Assembly (NCBI GenBank): GCA_041691135.1
Contig: JBEPVF010000003.1
Location: 1 to 64,000, forward strand
Direction of reading: 5' to 3'
DNA: 64,000 nt
Origin: Candidatus Peribacteria bacterium
Lineage (GTDB): Bacteria; Patescibacteriota; Gracilibacteria; Peribacterales; Peribacteraceae
A program made the translations under genes and the position numbers. The notes under the pieces were generated by a model. That model saw only the letters and a program-made list of their open reading frames with translations, was not told the origin of the DNA and did no database searches. Of this stretch, positions 47,556 through 55,862 are shown in pieces (within the stretch, counting starts at the first letter, position 1; each line of letters starts with the position of its first letter).

Positions 47556-48554
47556 TTAGAGCAGCGAGGCACCGGTGCCGGCTTGGGCTTCGAAGATGGT
47601 GCAGTTGGTTTGTTGTTTGGCATAGCCACGGATGGCTTCTACTGCTTCCTGGGTGCAGATCAGATGGACGGTCGCACCGGCATCCATGGTATAGAGGACA
47701 GGCAGATGCTGCGTGCGTCGCAGTTCGTTGATCTCGTCGACGATGCGGTTGGTGTCGGGCGTCAGGTAATTGAGTGATGGCGTACTGGTGCGCATCACGT
47801 CGTGCATGTTCAGACAGTCTTCCTCGGCGATGATTTGCAGCTTCTCAAAATCCTGCTGCTGGATGGCGTCGATGCATTCTTCCTGGCGGTGCGGAATCGA
47901 GGCGACGCGCCCGGCGAACAGGGGACTGCTCGGGGCGAACGTATGTCCTTCGGTGGAACCGTACTGCTTCTCGTTCATGCTGGGCGCGATGATGATGTCG
48001 TACAGGATCCAATAATCTTCCGGTGCAATCTGCACGGCGTACGCGCCGTCGATACTATCGTTTTCCACATGCATGGCACTGTACCCGCCGAACACGCCGC
48101 GACAGGCTGACCCACTGCCCAGACGAGCCAGGATACTGATCTGTTCCGATGTCAGTTCGATGTGTTCCTTGATCAGTCCGGCATACGCCGTTGCGACACA
48201 GCTAAATACAGCAGCCGACGAAGCGAGGCCGATAGCCGGTGGAATGTGCGACCGGATGGTGAGTGATACGGCCTGTGGCAGCACATCCGGTTGATCGAGC
48301 GTCGCCAGATAATGGCGGCAGAGTTCGAGGTGCTTCTGGAAGCGTTGCGTGTCTTTTTCTCGCAGTACTTTCGGTTTGCCATCAGCGTCGTACGAATCGA
48401 TATGCCATTGATCATGGGGTTCCACGCTGATGTCGACGGTGGGATTCGACAGCGTCATCGACAGCGAATCGGCGGCCGGAATGCGGAGCTCGGCATTGCG
48501 GTTTCCCCAGTATTTGATGAGGGCGATGTTGGGTGTGGAGCGGGCGGTAACCAT
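47556..48554 (-). CDS. mvaD: (Di)phosphomevalonate decarboxylase, GHMP family
   Basis: NIALIKYWG, SLS.TL, GLASSAA, ARLGSGSACR, YTMDAG. Confidence 0.93.
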   Translation of the reverse strand: MVTARSTPNIALIKYWGNRNAELRIPAADSLSMTLSNPTVDISVEPHDQWHIDSYDADGKPKVLREKDTQRFQKHLELCRHYLATLDQPDVLPQAVSLTIRSHIPPAIGLASSAAVFSCVATAYAGLIKEHIELTSEQISILARLGSGSACRGVFGGYSAMHVENDSIDGAYAVQIAPEDYWILYDIIIAPSMNEKQYGSTEGHTFAPSSPLFAGRVASIPHRQEECIDAIQQQDFEKLQIIAEEDCLNMHDVMRTSTPSLNYLTPDTNRIVDEINELRRTQHLPVLYTMDAGATVHLICTQEAVEAIRGYAKQQTNCTIFEAQAGTGASLL

Positions 48555-48587
48555 CGGAATTGAAAATTGAAGAATGGAATTTTTACT

Positions 48588-49457
48588 TCATCGATGCTCG
48601 ATGAGTGAGTAATCGTAGCGTTTTGCGATCGTCTGAACCACATCTGATTCCCGGTGCAGTGTCATCACCATGCCTCCGCCACCGGTTCTGGCTCCGGCAC
48701 CGATGATTTTGGCGACGCCGCCTTGGACTTCGATATCGGCGATGAGGCGTTGCACTGGCTCGGGGACAACTCCCAATTCCACTTGGGCCCGGTGATGATC
48801 CGGAATAACGGTCTGTGGAGACTCACCCTTCAGGAGTCGCTCAGTGCATTGACCTATGGCTTGAAGAGCGGGTTCAAGCATTGCCGCATGCTCCTTTACC
48901 CAGTCGACCAATGCCGGTGTCGTTTCGCCGGGTTTGCCCGTGTCGATGAGTATCGCGTTTGCCAAAAAATCGGTGCTGATGGGTGCCGATTGTACTGTCT
49001 CTCCGCGGCGGAAAAGGATGGGCTGATTGCGCCAGATGACCTCGAAATCAATGCCGCTGTGTCCGGGATTGAACTGATTTTCCATTTGCCGGCAAGCAGC
49101 TTCACAGTCATCGCCCAGGAGTGCTCTGCCGATTGCGATCAGAAGGGCGGTCGAGGACCCCATGCCACGCCCAAGTGGAAGAGCGTTGTCGATTGTGAGT
49201 ACTCCACTGAATTTTTCCCCCGCGTGTTCTTCGCAGGCAATAATCAGTCCGCTCACATATTTCTGCCATTCTTTACTCCATGGAATACCGGTCTGCCTGA
49301 TTTCCAGCCCCTTGGTTTCTGGTTTCTGGTTTCTGGTCTCGTCGTAACAAACCTGCATTCCCATCACAGATGGCGCCGCAATTCCCCGATGTCCGAATAC
49401 CACGGCATATTCACCGCTGAGGATGATCTTGCCGGAGGCGACACCGGTGCGGATCAT
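48588..49457 (-). CDS. mvk: Mevalonate kinase
   Basis: GKIILSGEYAVVFG, PLGRGMGSS, SGID, KIIGAG..GGGG. Confidence 0.88.
   Translation of the reverse strand: MIRTGVASGKIILSGEYAVVFGHRGIAAPSVMGMQVCYDETRNQKPETKGLEIRQTGIPWSKEWQKYVSGLIIACEEHAGEKFSGVLTIDNALPLGRGMGSSTALLIAIGRALLGDDCEAACRQMENQFNPGHSGIDFEVIWRNQPILFRRGETVQSAPISTDFLANAILIDTGKPGETTPALVDWVKEHAAMLEPALQAIGQCTERLLKGESPQTVIPDHHRAQVELGVVPEPVQRLIADIEVQGGVAKIIGAGARTGGGGMVMTLHRESDVVQTIAKRYDYSLIEHR
49313..49340. repeat. (TGGTTTC)3-TGGTCTC heptamer tract inside mvk
   Basis: Direct tandem heptamers, translated as ETRNQKPETK. Confidence 0.75.
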
Positions 49458-50131
49458 GAGCCGAATCGGCGTGTCCGTTTGGAAAAATCGTCAACTGCAT
49501 GGGCCAGATCCTCAGTCGTGAAATCGGGGAAGAATTTGTCGATGAACAGCCACTCGGCGTAGGCGCTCTGCCACAGAAAAAAGTTGCTGGTGCGCTGCTC
49601 GCCCGATGTGCGAATGATGAGGTCGATGTCGGTGAGTTCGGGATGATCTAGTTGTATGTGTATCGATTCTTCTGTTGCGGTTGAGGGGTCGGGAAGCTTG
49701 TGAATGGCACGAATCAGCTCATCTTTGCCGCCGTAGTCGACAGCCAAATGCAGCGTGAGTTCGGTTTGATCCTTCGTTTCCTCGGTAATGTCGCGGATCA
49801 AGTTGGCGAGTGACGAGGGGATCCGATCGAGACGGCCCGAATGCACGAAGCGCGTTTTGTTCTGCAGAAATACCTGGCGCTCGCGTCGCAGATAGTCTTC
49901 CAGCAGCGTCATCAGATGGGCCACTTCGTCAGGATCCCGTTTCCAGTTCTCAGTCGAAAAGCACCACACGGTGAGGGTCTGCACCCGCGGATCGTCTTGA
50001 CACCACTCGGTAAGCGTGCGGAAGTTTTCTACTGCTCGTTCGTGGCCCTTCCACGGAAACAGCGTTCGTTGCTTGGCCCAGCGGCGATTGCCGTCGGGGA
50101 TGATGGCGATATGGAGCGGAGAATCGGGCAT
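49454..50131 (-). CDS. uppS: Undecaprenyl diphosphate synthase (cis-prenyltransferase)
   Basis: HIAIIPDGNRRWA, FSTENWKR, YGG, DLIIRTSGEQRTSNF.LWQ.AYAE. Confidence 0.96.
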   Translation of the reverse strand: MPDSPLHIAIIPDGNRRWAKQRTLFPWKGHERAVENFRTLTEWCQDDPRVQTLTVWCFSTENWKRDPDEVAHLMTLLEDYLRRERQVFLQNKTRFVHSGRLDRIPSSLANLIRDITEETKDQTELTLHLAVDYGGKDELIRAIHKLPDPSTATEESIHIQLDHPELTDIDLIIRTSGEQRTSNFFLWQSAYAEWLFIDKFFPDFTTEDLAHAVDDFSKRTRRFGS

Positions 50132-50133
50132 GG

Positions 50134-50685
50134 TCAGTTCCAGGTAACGGCAGGGGATTCGATGATCATGCGCAGACCGAGGTGGAACCACGGCGCATAG
50201 TCGAGCGCATGTTCTTTCATATCAGTGCCGAGTTCGTCGAGATCGATCCATTTCCACTCGGCGACTTCATGGGGATCGGCATTGATGCGGATGTTCTCGT
50301 CGGCTTCACCGATCAGGAGAGTGACGTATTCGTGTTCGATACCTCGCTGCTGCGGATCTTCGGCGCGGTACACGAAAGACAGATGAGGGCGGAGGGGGAC
50401 GGAGAAACCCAGTTCCTCACCCAGTCGGCGTTCACCGGCTTGCTCCGGTGCTTCATGGTCCTGCGGATGACTGCAGCAGGTGTTGGCCCAAATGAGCGGC
50501 CAGAGCATTTTTTTGGCACTGCGTCGTTGGATCAGTATTTTGGATCGGTCGGCATTGAAGACATAGACCGAAAAAGCCAAATGCAAAGAGCCTTCGCCGG
50601 TGTGTGCCTGCACGATCTCCATCGATCCGGTGGGCATGCCATTCGGATCACTCAGTATCACCGTCCTTTTGGCCTGGGGTTCCAT
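50134..50685 (-). CDS. idi: Isopentenyl-diphosphate delta-isomerase, type 1
   Basis: LHLAFSVYVF, QRRS..K..WP..WANTCCSHP, RRL.EELG, EHE, EV. Confidence 0.94.
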   Translation of the reverse strand: MEPQAKRTVILSDPNGMPTGSMEIVQAHTGEGSLHLAFSVYVFNADRSKILIQRRSAKKMLWPLIWANTCCSHPQDHEAPEQAGERRLGEELGFSVPLRPHLSFVYRAEDPQQRGIEHEYVTLLIGEADENIRINADPHEVAEWKWIDLDELGTDMKEHALDYAPWFHLGLRMIIESPAVTWN

Positions 50686-50875
50686 AATTGAAGCATGCGG
50701 CAGCGCCGAAGCTTTTGCAATAACCCTTTCATCATTATCTGCTTTTCACCTCCACTTTTTTTGGGTTTTCTGCCCGCGAATGCTCACCCTTCACCCTCAT
50801 CTGTAGCAGCAGCCGTCCCCGGCTGCGGTGTCTGAGATATTCCCCGGCACAAACTTCTCCAGTCACCACTGGTGT

Positions 50876-51155
50876 CCTTTCTTTTGTCTCCCCGCGACAA
50901 AAGAAAGTACCAAAGAAAAACGCACCGCCTATGACCCACCTCACTTCCTTGTCGCGCCTAACGGCATGCGACAAGGAAGTTCGTAACCACTCATCCCCAC
51001 CACATAGGCGGAGGGACTGTTCCCTGGAATAGCGAAGGTACGAAGAGGCTCGGCGGCCTCTAGCCGCCTGGGAGTAGTGGAGAGTTCGTAAAAACAAAAC
51101 ACACACATCTCCCTCTCCCGGCAGGGCGGGCGGAGGGAGAGGGCCGGGGTGAGGG
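50876..51155. repeat. Hairpin-rich intergenic repeat cluster (REP/MITE-like)
   Basis: CTTTCTTTTGTC..GACAAAAGAAAG, CTTCCTTGTCGC..GCGACAAGGAAG, and CCCTCTCCC..GGGAGAGGG element. Confidence 0.55.
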
Positions 51156-51177
51156 GGGCCAGGCGGATGGGTTATAA

Positions 51178-51208
51178 CAAAAAAAGAGCTCCTACTGGAG
51201 CTCTCTTT
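51178..51208. terminator. Intrinsic terminator for the histone-like gene
   Basis: AAAAAAAAGAGCTCC-TACT-GGAGCTCTCTTT just past the stop at 51216; U-tract on the minus strand. Confidence 0.75.
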
Positions 51209-51215
51209 AAGCTAT

Positions 51216-51839
51216 TTAGCGTCGGCTCTTCTTCTTACCCTTGCCGCCCTTCTTCGCTGCCGCTTCCTTAGCCGGCTTGCTGCGCTTCGCTGCTTTCTTG
51301 AGTGGCTTCTTCGTTTTCTTGGCCGCTTTCTTCATGGTCTTCGTTACTTTCTTGGCGGCTTTCTTTACGGGCTTCTTCGCTTTGGTCGGTCGCTTCACTG
51401 TCTTTTTGATAGCCTTTTTCTTGGCGACTGGCTTCGTTGCCTTCTTTGCTTTGGCAGCAGCTTTCTTGACCGGAGCTTTCGTGGGCTTCTTGGCCGGGGT
51501 CATTTTCGGGACCGGTACTTTGATCGTCTTCGGTGCGGCGATGCCGGACTTGGCTGTGTCGTCGAACATGGTGCCACCGGCATTGTTTGCCTGCTTGTCA
51601 CCTTTTTCTCCGTCATCAGGCGACGATGTGCCGACACGCGGCTTCACACTGCCTGCCTGCTTCGGTTGTTTGTCGGTGAAGGGCGACAGATCATTTTTGG
51701 AGGTGGCATTGTCGGAGTCGCTGCGTCCCGTGTCTTTGTAGTCGAAGCTCTGGCCCGGTCCATCCGTAGGCGGGTTGGCATTGGGCGTATTCTTGAAAAT
51801 AGACTGGAAAGGCCGTTGCTGTGGTTGATCGGAGAACAT
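51216..51839 (-). CDS. Histone H1-like Lys/Ala-rich protein
   Basis: C-terminal half of KKAAKK/KKPVKK repeats; polar disordered N-terminus. Confidence 0.7.
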   Translation of the reverse strand: MFSDQPQQRPFQSIFKNTPNANPPTDGPGQSFDYKDTGRSDSDNATSKNDLSPFTDKQPKQAGSVKPRVGTSSPDDGEKGDKQANNAGGTMFDDTAKSGIAAPKTIKVPVPKMTPAKKPTKAPVKKAAAKAKKATKPVAKKKAIKKTVKRPTKAKKPVKKAAKKVTKTMKKAAKKTKKPLKKAAKRSKPAKEAAAKKGGKGKKKSRR

Positions 51840-51935
51840 GGGTGTTGAGAGTAAAAGTAGGTAAAGAACTCTATGCCTCGCGATGAACTGAAACAAGCCT
51901 TTGAGTGAATATGTTCAAAAAAAGAGCACAAGGCT

Positions 51936-53462
51936 CTATGTGTTGGCAGACAAATCGGCACTGGACGGGCCATTGATCACAGTCCCATCCGTTTCGTACC
52001 GCGAGCCGTGACACGGGCAGTCCCATGTTTTTTCGGTGGGATTCCAGGCAACAATGCAGCCTTTATGCCGACAGACTGCCGACAACTCGTGCTTTGCACC
52101 TTTGGTATCGCAGTAGATGGCGATGCGCTTGAGGCCGCGGCGGACGACCCGGCCGCTGTCCGGCTGCATCTGATCCTCTGATTCTCCCGGTTTCACCCAT
52201 TCGAGCAATTCGGTTGCCACATTTGCGCTCTCTTTCAGGAATTCCTTGGCACTGCGTACATTTACCCGGCTGGGATCGTACAGATCCTGCCAGGGGTTTT
52301 TGCGATCCAGGATCAGATCGCGGAGCAACATGCCGGCGATCGTGCCGTGTGTGATGCCGTTGCCCGAATCGCCGGTCGCAATGAAGATATTCTCGGCATC
52401 CAGCGGATTGCGGCCGATGAAGGCTAATCCATCAATCGGTTCCATTACCTGTCCCGACCAGCTGTAGAGCAACTCCTGTGCCTGTGGAACACGCGTGCGT
52501 GCCCACGTTTCGAGACGCGAGAAGCGCAAGCCGCCATCCGTTGCTTGACCGGTCTTGTGATCTTCGCCCCCTACAATAAGCACGTCATGATCTTCCTCAT
52601 GAGCGATGCGCATGTAGTGGTATGGATCAGCAGTATCCCAGTAGAGCGCTTTGCGTACCGCCCCTTTGGGAATTTTCAGTCCTACAACGTATGTACGGTA
52701 GGGTGCCTGACGCGTGTATATGGCAAAATTATCGTTGATCGGTGCATTGGTGGCGATCACCACGCTGTCGGCGCGCACCGTGTGCCCATCCTTGGTAGTG
52801 ACAGTTGCCTGTTTGTCGCCTTCCACCGACGACACATGCGTGCCCTGATACACACGCCCGCCTTGTTTCTCGATGCTCTTGGCGACGGCGAACAGATAGT
52901 GGAGTGGATTGAACTGCGCCTGATGCGGGAAGTGGAGCGTGACACCCAGATCGTACGTATTGAGGGCCGCAGTCGTTTGTAGTTTGATGTCCTTCAGGCC
53001 GGCTCGGTGTGCCGCAGCCAGTTCTTTTTCCAGTACGTCTGTCGATTGGTCCGGCGGTACGAACAAATAACCGTCGACCCGCTCGAAATCGCACGCGATT
53101 TTTTCCTGCTTTACGATCCGTTCGATCTCATTGATGGCTGCCGTATGGCTGCTTGCGGCCAGCTTGCTCCCGAATTCACCGTGCAGTCGTTCCAGTTCAT
53201 AATATCTATCATCCAACGCATTGGTGATGTGTGCCGTGGTGCGCTGCGTTTCGCCACTGACAATTTTTCCATCCTCCAACACAGTGACCTTTTTGCCTTC
53301 GACTGCCAGCAGGTAGGCCGTCGTGAGCCCGGCAATACCGGCGCCGACCACGCAGACGTCCGTCTCGGTATTTTCTTTGAGACTCGGGAAGGTCGGTGTC
53401 GCTGCCGTCTGGCTCCAGTAGGGAGTCGTGGCGCCTGCCGAAGAATTCAGAGACAGGTTCAT
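51936..53462 (-). CDS. FAD-dependent oxidoreductase with C-terminal Rieske [2Fe-2S] domain (YhfW-like)
   Basis: VVGAGIAG, CRHKGC...WDCPCHGSRY. Confidence 0.92.
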   Translation of the reverse strand: MNLSLNSSAGATTPYWSQTAATPTFPSLKENTETDVCVVGAGIAGLTTAYLLAVEGKKVTVLEDGKIVSGETQRTTAHITNALDDRYYELERLHGEFGSKLAASSHTAAINEIERIVKQEKIACDFERVDGYLFVPPDQSTDVLEKELAAAHRAGLKDIKLQTTAALNTYDLGVTLHFPHQAQFNPLHYLFAVAKSIEKQGGRVYQGTHVSSVEGDKQATVTTKDGHTVRADSVVIATNAPINDNFAIYTRQAPYRTYVVGLKIPKGAVRKALYWDTADPYHYMRIAHEEDHDVLIVGGEDHKTGQATDGGLRFSRLETWARTRVPQAQELLYSWSGQVMEPIDGLAFIGRNPLDAENIFIATGDSGNGITHGTIAGMLLRDLILDRKNPWQDLYDPSRVNVRSAKEFLKESANVATELLEWVKPGESEDQMQPDSGRVVRRGLKRIAIYCDTKGAKHELSAVCRHKGCIVAWNPTEKTWDCPCHGSRYETDGTVINGPSSADLSANT

Positions 53463-53571
53463 TGGGTGCTCTGACGTGGGGTTGAGCGCGTACTTACAGC
53501 CATACTCAAAAATAAAAAACGGCTGTTGCTCCCAATTTCTTTGTAAGAATTTGATAGTTGGTCGGCAAGCG

Positions 53572-54372
53572 TCAGTATTTCTTTTTCAAGGCCAAACTGC
53601 CTAAAAATAACGCCAGTGCCACCAGTACGATGGTGCCGCCGCTGGGCAGGTTCCATTGATACGAAAGGACAAGTCCGGTGAGGACCGAGAAGAGAGACAG
53701 AAGAACAGCCAGAATCGTCGTGCGCCGAAAACTGCCCGACAACTGCATGGCGGTGAGAACAGGGATCACCATCAGTGCGCCGATCAACAGAATGCCGACG
53801 ATGCGCATCGACAGCGATACGGTGATGGCGGCGAGTGCCACCAGCAAAATATTGAAAACACTGGAACGAATGCCGCCCGATGTGGCCAATTCCTCGTCGA
53901 GTGACAGAAGGAAGAGGGGACGGCGGGCAATGATCACGACGAGCAACACGATCAACCCAAGGCTGCCGATGAGCCAGAGGTCCGATGCTGAGACGGTTGT
54001 GATGCTGCCGAACAGATAGCTGAGCACGCTGGTATTCAGATTGTGTGCCAGACTCATCAGTACGACGGCGAGGGCCAGGCTGCCGGATAGGAAGAGCGCG
54101 AGCAGTGATTCACTCTGCGCGGCGCGGCGCATGCGCAGGTACTCGATGCCGACTGCGCCCAGCACCGAGACGATGATGGCGGTGACGAGCGGCTGGAGCC
54201 CTGCAAGAAAGCCGATGGCCACACCGGCCAACGCGATATGCGACAGCGTATCGGCCATCAGTGAGTAACGGCGAGTCACAAGATACGTGCCGATAATGGG
54301 CGCAATGATGCCGATGAAGATGCCGGCGGCGAACGCCCGTTGCATAAAGCCGTACTGGAGGATGGCAAACAT
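53572..54372 (-). CDS. Zn/Mn ABC transporter permease (ZnuB-like)
   Basis: FMQRA, RRYSLMADTLSH.ALAG, YLFGSI, VG.LL..ALM.IP, PSG.TIV. Confidence 0.92.
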   Translation of the reverse strand: MFAILQYGFMQRAFAAGIFIGIIAPIIGTYLVTRRYSLMADTLSHIALAGVAIGFLAGLQPLVTAIIVSVLGAVGIEYLRMRRAAQSESLLALFLSGSLALAVVLMSLAHNLNTSVLSYLFGSITTVSASDLWLIGSLGLIVLLVVIIARRPLFLLSLDEELATSGGIRSSVFNILLVALAAITVSLSMRIVGILLIGALMVIPVLTAMQLSGSFRRTTILAVLLSLFSVLTGLVLSYQWNLPSGGTIVLVALALFLGSLALKKKY

Positions 54373-55118
54373 CAATGAACGTGTGGAAGGGCGCCGGTCA
54401 CATGACGCGTGACATGATCGTGGCGGTGCAGTTCTTCGGTGGAACACTGACACAGAGATCCTTCCTGCAGGCACAGCATGCAGGTCACTTCTTTCATGAG
54501 GGCGTGCGTATCGTGCGAGACGAAGAGAATGGTCATGTTGCGTTCATCATTCAGCTTCTGCAGAAAGCCGTAGAAGATTTCCTGCGATTCGGTGTCGATG
54601 CCGACCGTGGGTTCATCCAGAACCAGGATTGCCGGTTCGCCGGCCAATGCGCGCGCCAAAAAAGCGCGTTGGCGCTGTCCGCCCGACAGCTGATCGATGC
54701 GCCGTTGCCGTAAGTCGCCCAGATTGGTGGCGGTGAGCGCGTTCTCCACTGCTATTCGATCCACATCCGTCGCGCGCTTCAGCATGCCCAGATGTGGCGT
54801 CCGGCCGCTCCACACGATTTCTTCGACCGTGGCTGGAAAAAAGAAATCCGATTGTGCGATGCGCTGCGGAACGTAGCCGATGATGCGCCGTGCGGTCGGG
54901 TCTTTCGTATTTTTGCCGAACAGCAGTATCTCGCCGCTGGTCGGTTGCAGAATGCCCAAAATCAGCTTGAGGAGGGTGGTTTTACCACTGCCGTTCGGTC
55001 CGATGATGCCGGCATACTCACCGGCGGGGACCGACAAGTTCAGTGACTGAAAAATAGTCTGTGATCCGTAGCGGAATTCCAGATGACGAACCTCAATAGC
55101 GGGAACGGATGAAGACAT
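54372..55118 (-). CDS. Zn/Mn ABC transporter ATP-binding protein (ZnuC-like)
   Basis: GPNGSGKT, GYVPQ, LSGGQRQR, LDEPT, His-containing tail. Confidence 0.92.
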   Translation of the reverse strand: MSSSVPAIEVRHLEFRYGSQTIFQSLNLSVPAGEYAGIIGPNGSGKTTLLKLILGILQPTSGEILLFGKNTKDPTARRIIGYVPQRIAQSDFFFPATVEEIVWSGRTPHLGMLKRATDVDRIAVENALTATNLGDLRQRRIDQLSGGQRQRAFLARALAGEPAILVLDEPTVGIDTESQEIFYGFLQKLNDERNMTILFVSHDTHALMKEVTCMLCLQEGSLCQCSTEELHRHDHVTRHVTGALPHVH

Positions 55119-55149
55119 TGCAGTTTGATGATAACAAGGTCCTGATCGA

Positions 55150-55222
55150 AAAGCACGAAGCACGAAATCCGAGTTTCGAAAATCGTCATCATTTTCGTAT
55201 TTCGTACTTTGAATTTAGAATT
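55150..55222. repeat. Inverted heptamer tract (TCGAAAT/AGCACGA family)
   Basis: AAGCACGAAGCACGAAATCCGA ... TTCGTATTTCGTACTTTGAATTTAGAATTT. Confidence 0.7.
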
Positions 55223-55266
55223 TACCCGGTCTGTTCTTCTCTTCTGTCTCATTCTATAGTGCCTCC

Positions 55267-55794
55267 ATGAACATCCACCCGCTCCTCGTTCACTTTCCCA
55301 TCGCTCTCCTTACCCTCTATTCCATGATGGAAATTGGGCGATTCCCGGCATTCACGCGTCAACCGTACTGGTTCTTCACCAAAGCCATTCTGTGCATTGT
55401 GGGGTCGTTCAGCGGGATACTGACGATTATCAGTGGGAAGATGATTGTCGATCAGTTTCTGGGCGGCAGCCGCGACAAGCTCATCAATGCCCATGAGAAT
55501 TTTGCCATACTCTCGATCTGTGTATTCCTGATTCTTGCCATTTCGTATCTTATTCTGTGGTGGAATCGTTCGAGGGAGGCCCGTCTGACAGGCCAACAGC
55601 AGCCGAGGAACGGCCTCTGGAACGTACTTCTTCGTGTTGCGCGATTCGTCGTCGAAACGCCGTTGTCGATTCTTTTAGCGATCATTGGTTTTATTGCCCT
55701 GACAATTACCGGCGCCTTGGGTGGTGCCACTGTCTACGGTCCTGATATCGATCCGGTGGTGCGGTTGGTCTATGGGATCGTGATAGGACAATAA
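55267..55794 (+). CDS. DUF2231-like membrane protein
   Basis: MNIHPLLVHFPIAL, AHE, TG.LGG..VY. Confidence 0.8.
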   Translation: MNIHPLLVHFPIALLTLYSMMEIGRFPAFTRQPYWFFTKAILCIVGSFSGILTIISGKMIVDQFLGGSRDKLINAHENFAILSICVFLILAISYLILWWNRSREARLTGQQQPRNGLWNVLLRVARFVVETPLSILLAIIGFIALTITGALGGATVYGPDIDPVVRLVYGIVIGQ

Positions 55795-55862
55795 CAAGTG
55801 GCCAGAAGACTAGTCAGATTTTACTAAAAAATTCCTTCTTTGCTGACCACTGACCGCTCATT

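Noticed and set aside
50735-51106. 123-aa minus-strand ORF
   Set aside because: Translation of hairpin-rich repeat DNA
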